64,000 bases of DNA from Mobula birostris (Eukaryota). The stretch covers positions 25,311,649 to 25,375,648 of the forward strand of contig NC_092398.1 in NCBI RefSeq assembly GCF_030028105.1, written 5' to 3'. The notes beneath the pieces were generated by a model. The model saw only the letters and a program-made list of their open reading frames with translations, searched no databases and was not told where the DNA came from. A program made the translations under genes and the position numbers. Positions 25,311-36,447 of this stretch are shown here, piece by piece (positions within the stretch are counted from its first letter, which is position 1; the number at the start of each line of letters is the position of its first letter).

Positions 25311-25995
25311 GACAGCTATATGTGTGACCATGCTTCCAGCGCCAACCCACAACTTACTAACCCTAATGTGTACGTCTTTGGAATGTGGGAGAGAACCCAT
25401 GTGGTCATGGGGAGAACATACAAATGCTGTAAAGACTGCGGCAGGAATTGAACCCAATCACAGGGACTGTAAAGAGTTACGCTACCATGCTGTCTGTGAG
25501 AGGAAACAGTTCATGAAAATGCTCACCAAATTCCTGGTCTGAACTGTTAAAGATCAAGATGGGGTAGCATGGTAGTGCAGTGCTTTATAGTACAGGCGAC
25601 TTGGGTTCAATTCCTGCCACAGCCTGTAAGGAGTTTATATGTTCTTCCTATGCCCCATGGGTTTCCTCCCACATTCCAAAGATGTACCAGTTGATAAGTT
25701 AATTGGTTATTGTAAATTTTCTCGTGATTAGGCCAAGATTAAATTGGGAACTGCTGGGTGGTGCGTATCAAAGGGCCAGAAGGACCAATTCCATGCTGTA
25801 TCACAATAAATAAATAAAATTCTGAAGCTTAAATCCTGAAACAGCCCTAAACACCATTTCTTAGTGTTTCATAGCAAATAGTTGGTCTCAGTTGTTTTTG
25901 CTGCTAGTCCCCAACACTGCCTCAGTCTCAAACACTGACTCTATTTGTCTCCAAGTGTCTGAACCGGAACCAACTTGTAGACTTAATATTGTTGT

Positions 25996-26827
25996 TGTGA
26001 CGAAAAACCAAGTTATCAGAAGATTGATGCTGATGAGAGAGATAAGAGAGACAAATGGAGAAGCGTTCAAAATGTTATTGAGAGAGGAGAGAGATTAACG
26101 AAAAGAGACACGGTTCCGAGTATTGACAGACCAGTTGCTTTGAACCTGAACTGTTTGAAGTTTGATGGACAGGCGATACCCCAGCAGGGGGATAAAAGGA
26201 ACAGGTTCGCTAAGGCAAGACAGACACCACGAGATCACGAGATAACGAGACCCCGGAAGTGCGGTGTGCCCCCGCAAGTTGGTGAAAGTTTGGAGGTCTG
26301 GTCGCGGGAACTGACTGTAGACACACGGGGTGAAAAGGTAGGATCGGCGAGAACCTGGTGTGTGTGTCCGCCCTTGCCTGGGTGCTGGGTTCACCACGGA
26401 AGAATGGTCGTATCCGGAACGGAGGGGTCACAGTCGGTGACCACAGAAGACGTTAAAACGGTTTGCCCAAAAGCTAACTGCGAAGAACAAAGGTCTGTTT
26501 GAATCAGAATTTGCATATTCTCTCTCTCTCTCTCCCCAACGGCACAACAGTGATTACTGCGAACTGTACTCAGCTGAACTGAACTCTGCGTCACTTGAGA
26601 CTGATCATTTTACCCCTAGACTGCGATAGAGCTTGATTGATTCCTATTATCCTAGTTCTGTGTACATGTGTGTTTTATCATTGCTAACCCGTTGCATTTA
26701 TATCCTTACGATTAGAGTACTGTGTTACTTATTTCTATAATAAAACTTTCTTAGTTCCAGTAATCCAGACTCCAACTAAGTGGTCCATTTCTGCTGGTTT
26801 GGCAACCCAGTTACGGGGTACGTAACA
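25996..26827 (+). mobile_element. Solo LTR (Gypsy-like)
   Basis: tgtgac...gtaaca with 4-bp TSD ttgt. The empty site is present in the left arm near 2480. Confidence 0.88.
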
Positions 26828-28737
26828 TTGTTAACTCCCTACATTTTAAATCACACTTGTGGCATGCTCACAAAAAACAACTCTGTCCACGAGCTGATCA
26901 TCATTCACTCCATCCTGCCTTCCGCCTGGCAAAACCCCCACCCATGCTGCTGTCAACCCCAGATTTTACTGTTACACACCTTCCTCATTGACATCCCTCG
27001 TTTTACCTTCCATAAACACAGCCAACAGTTTCTTGTGGTGTACCTGAACACTGTCCTGTCTCAAAGACATACAGATTATGATTAGTAAATTGTGAGTAAG
27101 CTGTTGCCTCAGGAAGTGTGACCCCACCACCCCCCAGCACATCATTGGACTGTGTTGGCCATTGATGAAAATGACCCATTTAACTGTATGTTCAACGTAA
27201 ACATGACAAACAAAGCTAATCTGCCTTTAAGACTTGCAGTTAAATCTAGTTGAGTGATAAAGGAAGACCCAGTTCGCCAGCTGGCGCTGTAATGCAGATC
27301 TCTTACAACCCGAGAGGGATCATAAAGTGTTTCACAAAAGTGACGTTATGATTCCAGTTCAGTTCACACAAGATGGCCCAGCAAACAACACAACCAATGA
27401 CAATGTCCTGTTGACAGTTCACAAATATGCTTCTTTTACTCCTTCGTATTTCAAATGAAGTTCCACTATTAATCGGCGTGCCATTGGAACCTGTAATTTA
27501 CATTTTGATGGTGTGTTTTTGGGCTAGTTGAGCAATCTGGTGCTTTATTGTCTCCAAGGAAATTCAGTGAGGTTTGGAGCAGAGTGTGTGGCCTGGAAAC
27601 ATGATCGACACTGTTGCTTTTCTCCAACTGAAACATTCAGAACGGTTGAAGTCAACGAGGCTGAGCATCAAGGACGAGCAGAAGTTTAACCTTGCTTCAA
27701 CCTGCTGGTGTATGATTGGTATTCCTCTCCCTCTTGTTAGCTTCTGTCAGAGGGAAATGCAGGTGTCCTGGGATCAACATTGCAAGGATCAATTGGAGAT
27801 TCATTTTGGGAGACTTTGCGGTTCATATTGGATAAGTTCCTGGATTCTGGTTACTCTTTTTTTTTTTAAAAAAGCCATTTTTGAGTGCTTTCTCCAGGGC
27901 AATCTATGCGATCTGGGTCGCTTCGGCGAAGAATGCTATACCCTGCAGAAATGTTTTCTGTATATACACTTTGATAATAAATGTACTTTGAATATTAGAA
28001 TTACTTGCATTATACCAATTTTTTTATGAGTATGACTTCTTAGGCTGAGGATGACATGCTACCTCAGATTGTGAATATTTTTAACGTGGAATGGCTCTTG
28101 TACATGATGTTGACAAGGGTGACGTCTTGGTCAATGGTGAGGAATTCCAATGCAACTGGAGAGCAGACCTTGAGTATGGACATTAAACACAAACACACAA
28201 ACACCAACTCACACTCAGTGGCCACTTTATTACATATCTCCTGTACCTAATAAAATAGACACTGAGTATATGTTCATGGTGTTTTGCTGCTGTAGCTCAG
28301 CCACTTCAAAGTTCGACAGTTTGTGCATTCAGAGATGCTTGTCTGCACACCACTATTGTAATGCATGGTTATTTGAGTTACCGTTGAGTCAGCTTAAACC
28401 AGATTGGACATTCTCCTCTGATCTCAAAGTCAAAATAAAATTGATTATCAGAGTACATACATGTCAGCACATACAGCCCTGAGATTCATTGTCTGCAAGC
28501 ATACTTGGAAAATCTATAGGATAGCAACTGCAAACATCAGGAATTGTTAACTATAAATAAACTGTGCAAATGCAGACACAAATAAATAGCAATAAATAAT
28601 GAGTATTAAATAACAATATAACAGAGTCCTTAAGTGAGTGTAGCTATCCCCTCTTGTTCAACAGCCTGAAGTTTGAGGGATACTAACTGTTCTTGAACCT
28701 GGTGGCGCCAGTCCTGAAGCACCTGTACCTTCTACCT

Positions 28738-28956
28738 CAGTGGTTCCCAACCACCGGGCCGCAAAGCATGTGCGAGGAAACAGTATGATTTGGTGATATG
28801 AAATGATATGAGTCAGCTGCACTTTTCCTCATTCCCTGTCACGCACTGTTGAACTTGAACACCACCAACCCCCCTGCCCAGCCCACCATCAGCCGGTCCG
28901 CAAGAATATTGTCAATATCAAACCAGTCCGCAGTGCAAAACAGTTTGGGGACCCTG
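28738..28956. mobile_element. hAT MITE, duplicate of 507-724
   Basis: TSD ttctacct/ttctaccc. Confidence 0.85.
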
Positions 28957-30375
28957 TTCTACCCGATCGCAGCAGTGAGAAAAGTGCGTGATCTGGACAG
29001 TGAAGGGGATGTTGTATCGTGGATGAAATCACTGGAGAGACAGAGTCACTGGTAGATACAAAGCAGCTTCTTTATTCGACACAACAAGGTACAGCAGGCA
29101 TCTTACGGACGGAGATGCTTTCCACAGAAAGGTCTGCTAGCTCAGTGTGGGCTTGATATTTATATGCTAAACACAAAGGCAATCGCTACTTAAAAAGTTA
29201 TAGACAGTGCATAGACAATGCTTCCTATTGAAGCTACATACAAAATATCACACCATCCTTTCCTCCCGACGCCAACATGTCTGGTTTAATATCCACAGCC
29301 TTTAGGAATTTAAGTTAAGTCTATGATACATTTATTTGGCATTTTCTGTATTGACATAGAAGACAATTAATATTTATAATGTATAGATAATACTGTCTTC
29401 GAAACTACAGCATCAGGTCAAACTACGGCGCCAGAAGCATCTGGTATTCCCACCTTTTTGGAAGCCCATTGTGGTGGACTCAATCCACAGTCCTTTGTCA
29501 AACAGTTAAAATAGAAGTCTGGTGGCCAAAGTCATTTAAGTGTAAACAAATCATCTACCCAAAAAAAAACTCACTCTAACAGTCCCTCCTCTTGGCCTTC
29601 CAGGACAAAAATTAAATTTATATCAGGAAAGGCCAACCTAGGAGGATCTGCTCAAATAGGGCAGCAAAAATGCCCTGTCTTGAATTCCCCCCCCCGCCCC
29701 AATTTTATGTACCTCGATATCTATCCTAGCATTACCTAATTGCTAGTTACCAAATGTTAAGCAGTCTTTAGGAATGCGGCTCCTTTGGTGTGCCTGCTCT
29801 TTCCCTGCAGGCTGACTGCAGCTTAATTACATTCATTTGTCTTCAGCCCTTTATCCTCTGGTTGCTGAAACTCTCCTTCCAGGAGCACCCACAGACTCTC
29901 TCATCGATGTACAGGAAAGGGTTGTGGTGGCCTCTACATAAATGTCTGCAAGGACCTCTCCCCGGTGGCACCCCCTTCCAAAGTGTCCGGTCGATCACTG
30001 GCCCAACTGCTGAATCGGGCCCAGCTCCTCAGACCGGGTGACTGCTTTCAGATACCGAGTGCAGTCTGAAATGCCATCGAAGTGGTGGAACTTGCCGTCT
30101 CTGCTTTAACACAAAAATCCCTCCCCGTCTATTTCCCAATAAATTTCTATGTTATGCTATAAAATTAATCATCTACCTTCAGCAACCAGCCTTCTTTACA
30201 GAGTACCATCATCATCACACTTTAGCAGGCTATTCATGGTTTTCCAACACGTTCTCAGTGTCTTCTGCCACGCTCTCGGCGTTTTCTGCCCTTGCGTTTT
30301 CTCCGGGTATGTTTCCATCAGCTGTGGCCAGGTCTGGCATGGCCGGCTGGTGCTCCTCTCTTTGGTTCTCTGTAA

Positions 30376-31300
30376 TTACATGATTACATGGTTACTGTGT
30401 ACACTTGATCCCCCACTCTGTCTGTGGGAGCAACAAGAGGGTGAGTTGTATGCTTTAACCTGAGTCCAGTGTTTCCACTGGCTGCCTCGCCGAGTCTGTA
30501 CACAGACACACGTATCATTGGTTAAGAGTACCGTCCGTGGTCCTATCCACCTGGGGGCAAACTCTGGCCTTTCTGGCAGCACCCTCACCATAACCTGGTC
30601 GCCAGGCTGTGGAAGAACTATCCCCTTTCCCTCTGGCTCTTTCTGATCAGTGACTCACTGTTGTTGTTTCGCTCAGTCTCATCAGGATTCCTGGTAATAC
30701 ATCAACCCATGTCTTTCCTGTCTCAGCTATAGCTTTCTTGATTGTTCTGTTCATCCTTTCTACCATCCCTGAACTCTGGGGGTGGTAGGGTACGTGGAAC
30801 CGTTGTCGAATCCCTAGTAGTTGGCACATTTCCTTTATCACTTTCCCAGTGAAATGTGCTCCCTGATCTGAATCCACCTGAACTGGGGTTCCCCACCTTG
30901 GGAGGATTTCCTGAACTAGGATTCATGCAGCGGTGCGGGTGGTGCAGTCCCTTGTTGGGAAAGCCTCTACCCACCGAGTGAAGTGGTCCATGATTACCAG
31001 ACAGCAACTTTTCCCTCTGCTTTTTGGCAGGGGCCCTGTGAAGTCTATCTGGATGTTTTCCCAGGGTCCCCTCAGCCGAGGCTGATTTGCCAGATGTAGC
31101 TTTCTGCCCTTACCAGGGTTATGCTGGGCACAAATGACATAACGGCGGCAGAATTTCTCAACATCCCCACCCATCCCTGCCCACCACCAGTCCTGCTGGA
31201 GGGTTGTGATCATGCTCTGCCTTTCCTGATGCATTGCCCCATGATAAAACTTTAGTAGTATCTGTCTAATACAGGGTGTGACCACTGCGACTCTTTCCAC
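30376..31300 (-). pseudogene. Integrase (frameshifted)
   Basis: HGAMH...C..C zinc finger, WENIQIDFTGPLP, SDQGAHFT, YHPQSSGMVERMN, RWIGPRTVLL. Confidence 0.9.
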
Positions 31301-31656
31301 TCTATGTGTCCAGCACCCATCTGGTCCCTCCTTTGCTCCTTTTCTCCTCCATTGTGCCTTTTCTCCTCCATTGTTCCTTCTCTTCTGCCTCTACCTCTTC
31401 ATATAATTTTACTCAGCTGGCTTCTGTCGTTTCCTCCTGCACACTTGCAATTTCAATTGCCTCTTGTTCCTCTCTTGCCTTATTCGCAGTAATGTCTGCC
31501 CTTGGAGGAACTGGGAAAACGTTATGTTCTGGAGTGGCCGCAGTCTCTCTGAGTATCGTCTGGTGTTTTTGTTCCTTTGCTTTACCCTGAACAGCGGTCA
31601 GTGTGTCAGTTTGAATAGGGTCCTGCTTAGGGGGTTTATACAGACCCTCCTCTATT

Positions 31657-32981
31657 TTAACTGGGTTTATCTTTACCTTGCTTGTGGATTCTGTTGGTTG
31701 TATGTGTTCGCTGCCTCCGACTCGTCCATTTTATTTCTCCCTTTCCCAAATCTATAACAGCTCCTGCTTCCCTTAGGATGACTATTCCAAGGATCGTGCC
31801 CTCATTATTTGGACATACCCAGAAATACACTGGAAGCTGCACTCCCCCAGTTTCTAGTATTTGCTTCCCGCTTCTTTCTGCTTTTACTGTTTTCCCTCTT
31901 ACACCCCTGATATAACTGGCCTGTCCGGTTGTTGGTAAGGGTAAGTCTGTTATCGATACCGATGCCCCTTTGTCCACTAACATATTGCATTGCCGTCCCC
32001 CTAACAATGCTATTGTGTACATCCGTGAATCACCAGCGCTGCCAGTGGAGCCCGCTGCGACATCTTTTTCTGGCGCCGTTACTAACTCTTTAATCTGATC
32101 AACAGTCAAACTGTTTGCTGATGGGGTGAGTGACTGGGTGTATGCCGTGACCTTCATCTGGGTTTTCCCCCACACTTTTGTACACTGTCTCCAGCCATGT
32201 CCCAATAGGCCACAGCTGTAGCATATCAACTCCTTCAGTGTCTTATACCTGGTACGGCAGTCCTTTGCTAGGTGCCCCAGCTGCTGGCAAGCAAAACAAG
32301 CTCTCCGGGACATCGCAGCTGCATCCACTATACCCACTTTACGATTTCTCTTGCCTTTTCTGTGGTCTATTTCACTGGCCCACGAAACTATCACAGAGTA
32401 GGTGGACCCCACCGTTATGCTTAAATCTAAAACTTCTTGGTGGGCTGAGCTCAGGCCTTCCTTCAGCATTTTTAGGAAGACTGGTCGTCCCTCCCTGGAT
32501 TATCCAACCCTGAATACTCCTCGTACACTTGATATTTACGTTCTGCATAATCCATGGCTGTCTCGTCAGCTTTTTGAATCACTGCCATTATCGTTCCCCA
32601 GTTACTCTTGCCTCCACCCAGCCGCTGCCTCACTTCCCCTTTAAAACAGCGATATCTTTCTTCATTACTGGCGCTCCCAGTAGTTGCCCATGTTCCATCC
32701 CGCACCCCCTGGGCCATCCTGTCCCACATATTCTTCGGGCACTTTGCTTTCACTAACACATGTATATCTTTAGGGTGCATCTGGTGAATTTCAACCATTT
32801 CCTCCAGTCTGCGCCAGAACTGTGAATTCCCACAGGCGACTTTAAGTGAGGGCAACTCGGACAAAATGCTCTGTTTCTCCCCGGGGGTGAAGGGCTTATG
32901 AATAGTCGTAATCAAGGTCAAGGGCTGGCTGGGATCGCCAGGGTTCTCAACCTGACGCTGCCTGACCTCAATAGGTGCCAC
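31657..32981 (-). pseudogene. Gag (two CCHC knuckles) plus degenerate aspartic protease
   Basis: CFACQQLGHLAKDC and CYSCGLLGHGWRQC. LVDKGASVS and ILGIVIL protease motifs. Confidence 0.88.
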
Positions 32982-33497
32982 CCTGGTTGATCAATCTGGG
33001 TAAAACCTCTCCCTGAGATATCCCCACACTAATTCCCACACTACGCAAAATATAAAAGACGGGTAGCAGTTAAACAGTACATAGTTAAAACCGCAGAGTA
33101 TGTATTCCACAATCTGCCACTTGTGAGTACCTGAACTCATGATGCCCGCTGTATTCCTGTGCATCACACTTGCAAACACATACACTAAAATGCGGCTTCC
33201 CGAATGAGTACAGACGCCCCTACTCTGGCGCCTCGAACCGTACCATTGGTTACCAGCTTTCGCAACTGGTGGTCCAAGTCTCACCAAGTTAACATGCAAA
33301 GATTCCTCACTTATATAAACACACATGCACACGCACACACTACTTTAATATCTACCAGTTCAGCTCTCCACATTCGTGATACCTCGTGTTCCCGCGTGTC
33401 CACCAACCGAACAGATCCAAGTGTGAGTGTTATTTTAGAAAAATACTCACCAACTTAAGACTGCTAGGAACGCTGGCCACACGACGGGTCACAAAGT

Positions 33498-33515
33498 ATC
33501 CCACTTCTGACACCA
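33498..33515 (-). other. Primer-binding site complementary to tRNA-Leu 3' end
   Basis: tggtgtcagaagtgggat, 2 nt from the 5' LTR. Confidence 0.88.
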
Positions 33516-34723
33516 AACGTTGTATTGTGGATGAAATCACTGGAGAGACAGAGTCACTGGTAGATACAAAGCAGCTTCTTTATTCGACACAACAAGGTAC
33601 AGCAGTCGTCTTACGGACAGAGACGCTTTCCGCAGAAAGGTCTGCTAGCTCAATGCGGGCTCGATATTTATATGCTAAACACAAAGGCAATCGCTACTTA
33701 AAAAGTTATAGACAATGCATAGACAATGCTTCCTATTGAAGCTACATACAAAATATCACACCATCCTTTCCTTCCGATGCCAACAGGTCTGGGTTGGTAT
33801 CCACAGCCTTTAGGAATTTAAGTTAAGTCTACGATACATTTATTTTGCATTTCCCGTGCAATTAATATTTATAATGTATAGATAATACTGTCTTCGAAAC
33901 TACAGCATTAGGTCAAACTACGGTGCCAGAAGCATCTGGTATTCACACCTTTTAGGAAACCCACTGTGGTGAACTCAATCCACAGTCCCTTGTCAAACAG
34001 TTAAAATAGAAGTCTGGTGGCCAAAGTCATTTAAGTGTAAAGAAATCATCTACCCAAAAAAAACCTCACTCTAACAATTGATGCTGATTTTCTATGGCAA
34101 CGTTTCATGTTGATGTATTGCACAAGGGGGTATTGAGGCCCAGGTCTTGCAGTTTACTGATTAGTTTTCATTTTGAGCGTTTACTGATCAGCCTCTCATA
34201 TTGAACGAGGCAAAAGACTTGAACTCGTGAACGAGGCAAGTGAAAATACAAGGCATAGAAAGCTAAGGAGCCCGCGCCGTTGAATATAATTAAGACGAAG
34301 AGAGATGTTTGAGATCTATAGGGAGTCACGAGTGATAGAGAACAGGCAGGAAATCAAGAACAAAATCATATGTTTTGGACATTGATAGTGGGATAAGTAT
34401 TGGCCCTAGGATATTGAGAAAAATTCTCTACTCTGTATGTAGCATGTCTAATGTCTCACCCAAAAATAACTCACCCACCTATATACATGCACAAAGCCTC
34501 TAAGCCCCCTCTAAACACCTTAAAGTTATGCCCCTTCATCTTAGCCATTGCCACCCTGGGACAAAGTCTTCCATTGTCCACCCTATCAATGCCTCTTATC
34601 TTGTACATCTTTGTTAAGTCACCTCTCATGCTCCTTCGCTTCAAAGAGCAAATCCCTAGCATGCTCAACCTCGCAAGACATGCTCTCTAATCCTGGTAAA
34701 TCTCCTCAGCATACTCTCTAAAG

Positions 34724-35522
34724 CAGGGGTCCCCAACTTTTTTAGCACCATGGACCGGTTTAATATGTTTAATATTGACAATATTCTTGTGGACCAGCCG
34801 ACCGAGGGGGGGGGGCGGGGGGGGGGTGCAGGTGGGGGCGTGTTCAAGTAGAGTTAAACTCAGCTCAACATGTCTTTTACAATTAGGGTTGTCAACTTTC
34901 TCACTCCCAAATAAGGGACGAAATTAGCAGTCAAATCCCAGGACACTTTACCCCTGGAAAGACTACCATGACCATGAAGCCTTGTGCGGGCACATGTGTG
35001 CGTATTCGTGTAAGTGTCAATTTTTTCCCACAAATCGGTTTTGCCTTCATCTTCTCAACTATACTGTACATACATTATTTCTACTTTATATAGGCTGTGT
35101 ATTTATCATATCATTCCTGCTTTTACTATATGATAGTGTTATTTTCTGTTTTATGTGTGGGTTGGTATGACTTGGTAGGTTATTTGTTGGGTCTGGGAAG
35201 GCTCAAAAATTTTTCCCATATAAATTAATGGTATTTGCTTCTTCGCTTCACGCCATTTCGGCATGAAAGGTTTCATAGGAACGCTCTACCTTAGCGGGGG
35301 AAATACAGGACAAGGGCGGTCCCGTATGGGACAAACCAATTTAGCCCAATATACGGGATGTCCCGGCAAATATGGGACAGTTGGCAACCCTATGTTCAAG
35401 TTCAACAGTGCGTGACAGGGAATGAGGAAAGGTGCAGCTGACTCGTATCGTTTCCTCGCGGCCCGGTAGCACATGCTCTGCGGCCCGGTACCGGTCCGTG
35501 GCCTGGTGGTTGGGGACCGCTG
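34724..35522 (-). mobile_element. hAT MITE inserted in a CR1 3' fragment
   Basis: Perfect TSD ctctaaag (34716-34723, 35523-35530). TIRs caggggtcccc / ggggaccgctg. Confidence 0.9.
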
Positions 35523-35769
35523 CTCTAAAGCTTCCACATCCCAAATTAAATATCCTGATATTAAACTTGGCTCTGTAATAAGGCGACCAGAACTGAACAC
35601 AATACTCCAAGTGTGATCTAACCAGGAAGTTTAACCCTTAAACAACAATACCCAAAATAGTATGGGGCCAGCAAGATCCAGCCTGTAACACCCCACCCCC
35701 GACCTGGTTGATGACCCCAGCAATGTGAAATCTGCAAGATCCCTCAATCTGCAGCAAGAAGGGTGATCC

Positions 35770-36175
35770 CCGCGACAGGAATCGACTCACCGGCTGCCGA
35801 GCTGTGAGTTCCCGAACGGGCGACGAGGAGCAGGAGGAGCGCACAGGCGGCGCCATATCGACCCATGGTTGCGACTGTGCCAAAAGCAAAGAGCGGCTGG
35901 AGGTAAGAGGCAGGAGGCAGGAGGAGGCGACGCCCCCGCCATTCTCCCCGCCCAACGTACCGCCCTAGTCCCAGCCCCGGCCTCGCTCCTCCGCTTCTGG
36001 CAACGCCGAAGAGAGTGAAGGAGCGGCCCGGCCGCTGGCGGAGTCACGTGCCGGAGAGAGGGCGGGGAGTGTCTCTGGCGGGAAGCCGCGGCAGCCAATC
36101 AGCGGCGGGCGGCCGGATGACGAGCGCATGCGCAGTCTCTGGCAGGTGCCGGCTCGCCGGGTCTCGGGATTGGCT
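35770..36175. promoter_or_regulatory. CpG-island promoter / first exon
   Basis: Sharp GC/CpG enrichment against the AT-rich background. GC boxes, gtcacgtg E-box, ccaatcag (CTGATTGG on - strand) at 36095-36102, tgacg at 36118-36122, NRF1-like gcgcatgcgc. Confidence 0.8.
35791..35866 (-). CDS. Signal-peptide (leader) exon, candidate WA exon 1 copy
   Basis: Kozak gcaaccATGg. MGRYGAACALLLLLVARSGTHSSAA plus 1 nt, then donor g|gtgagt. Phase 1 matches the alpha1 exon (g+ag = Glu). Confidence 0.8.
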
Positions 36176-36447
36176 TCACTGGAGAGCTCATCTAGTGAGG
36201 TGTTGTGGGTGGAACTGAGAAATAAGAAAGGTATGACCACGATAATGGGACTATATAACAGACCACCCAACAGTCCGAGGGATGCAGAGGAACAAATCTG
36301 CAGAGAGGTCACAGGCTATTGCAAGAAACATAATGTAGATGGTTTTAACTTTGCACATATTGACTGGGACGCCCATACTGTAAAAGGATGAGATGGGATA
36401 GAGCTCGTCAAATTTGTTCAGGAGAGTTTCCAACCAGAGAGTACACA
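36176..36447 (+). mobile_element. CR1 ORF2 APE fragment (continues at ~40500)
   Basis: EVLWVELRNKKGMTTIMGLYNRPPNS. Confidence 0.82.

Larger units (their letters stand above)
25311..29473. repeat. Right arm of inverted segmental duplication
   Basis: Reverse complement of 1-4335 apart from arm-specific insertions. Confidence 0.92.
29010..34076 (-). mobile_element. ERV-like LTR element: gag-PR-IN, RT/RNase H absent
   Basis: LTRs 29010-29581 and 33518-34076, Leu PBS, PPT aagaggagggac. No matching TSD seen (ggga/attg). Confidence 0.88.

Noticed and set aside
33498-33515. tRNA gene
   Set aside because: Only an 18-nt complement next to an LTR, i.e. a PBS. No cloverleaf.
35638-36391. Long GC-rich ORFs (103-115 aa)
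   Set aside because: These are by-products of CpG-island composition. Only the 76-nt leader has start and splice support.
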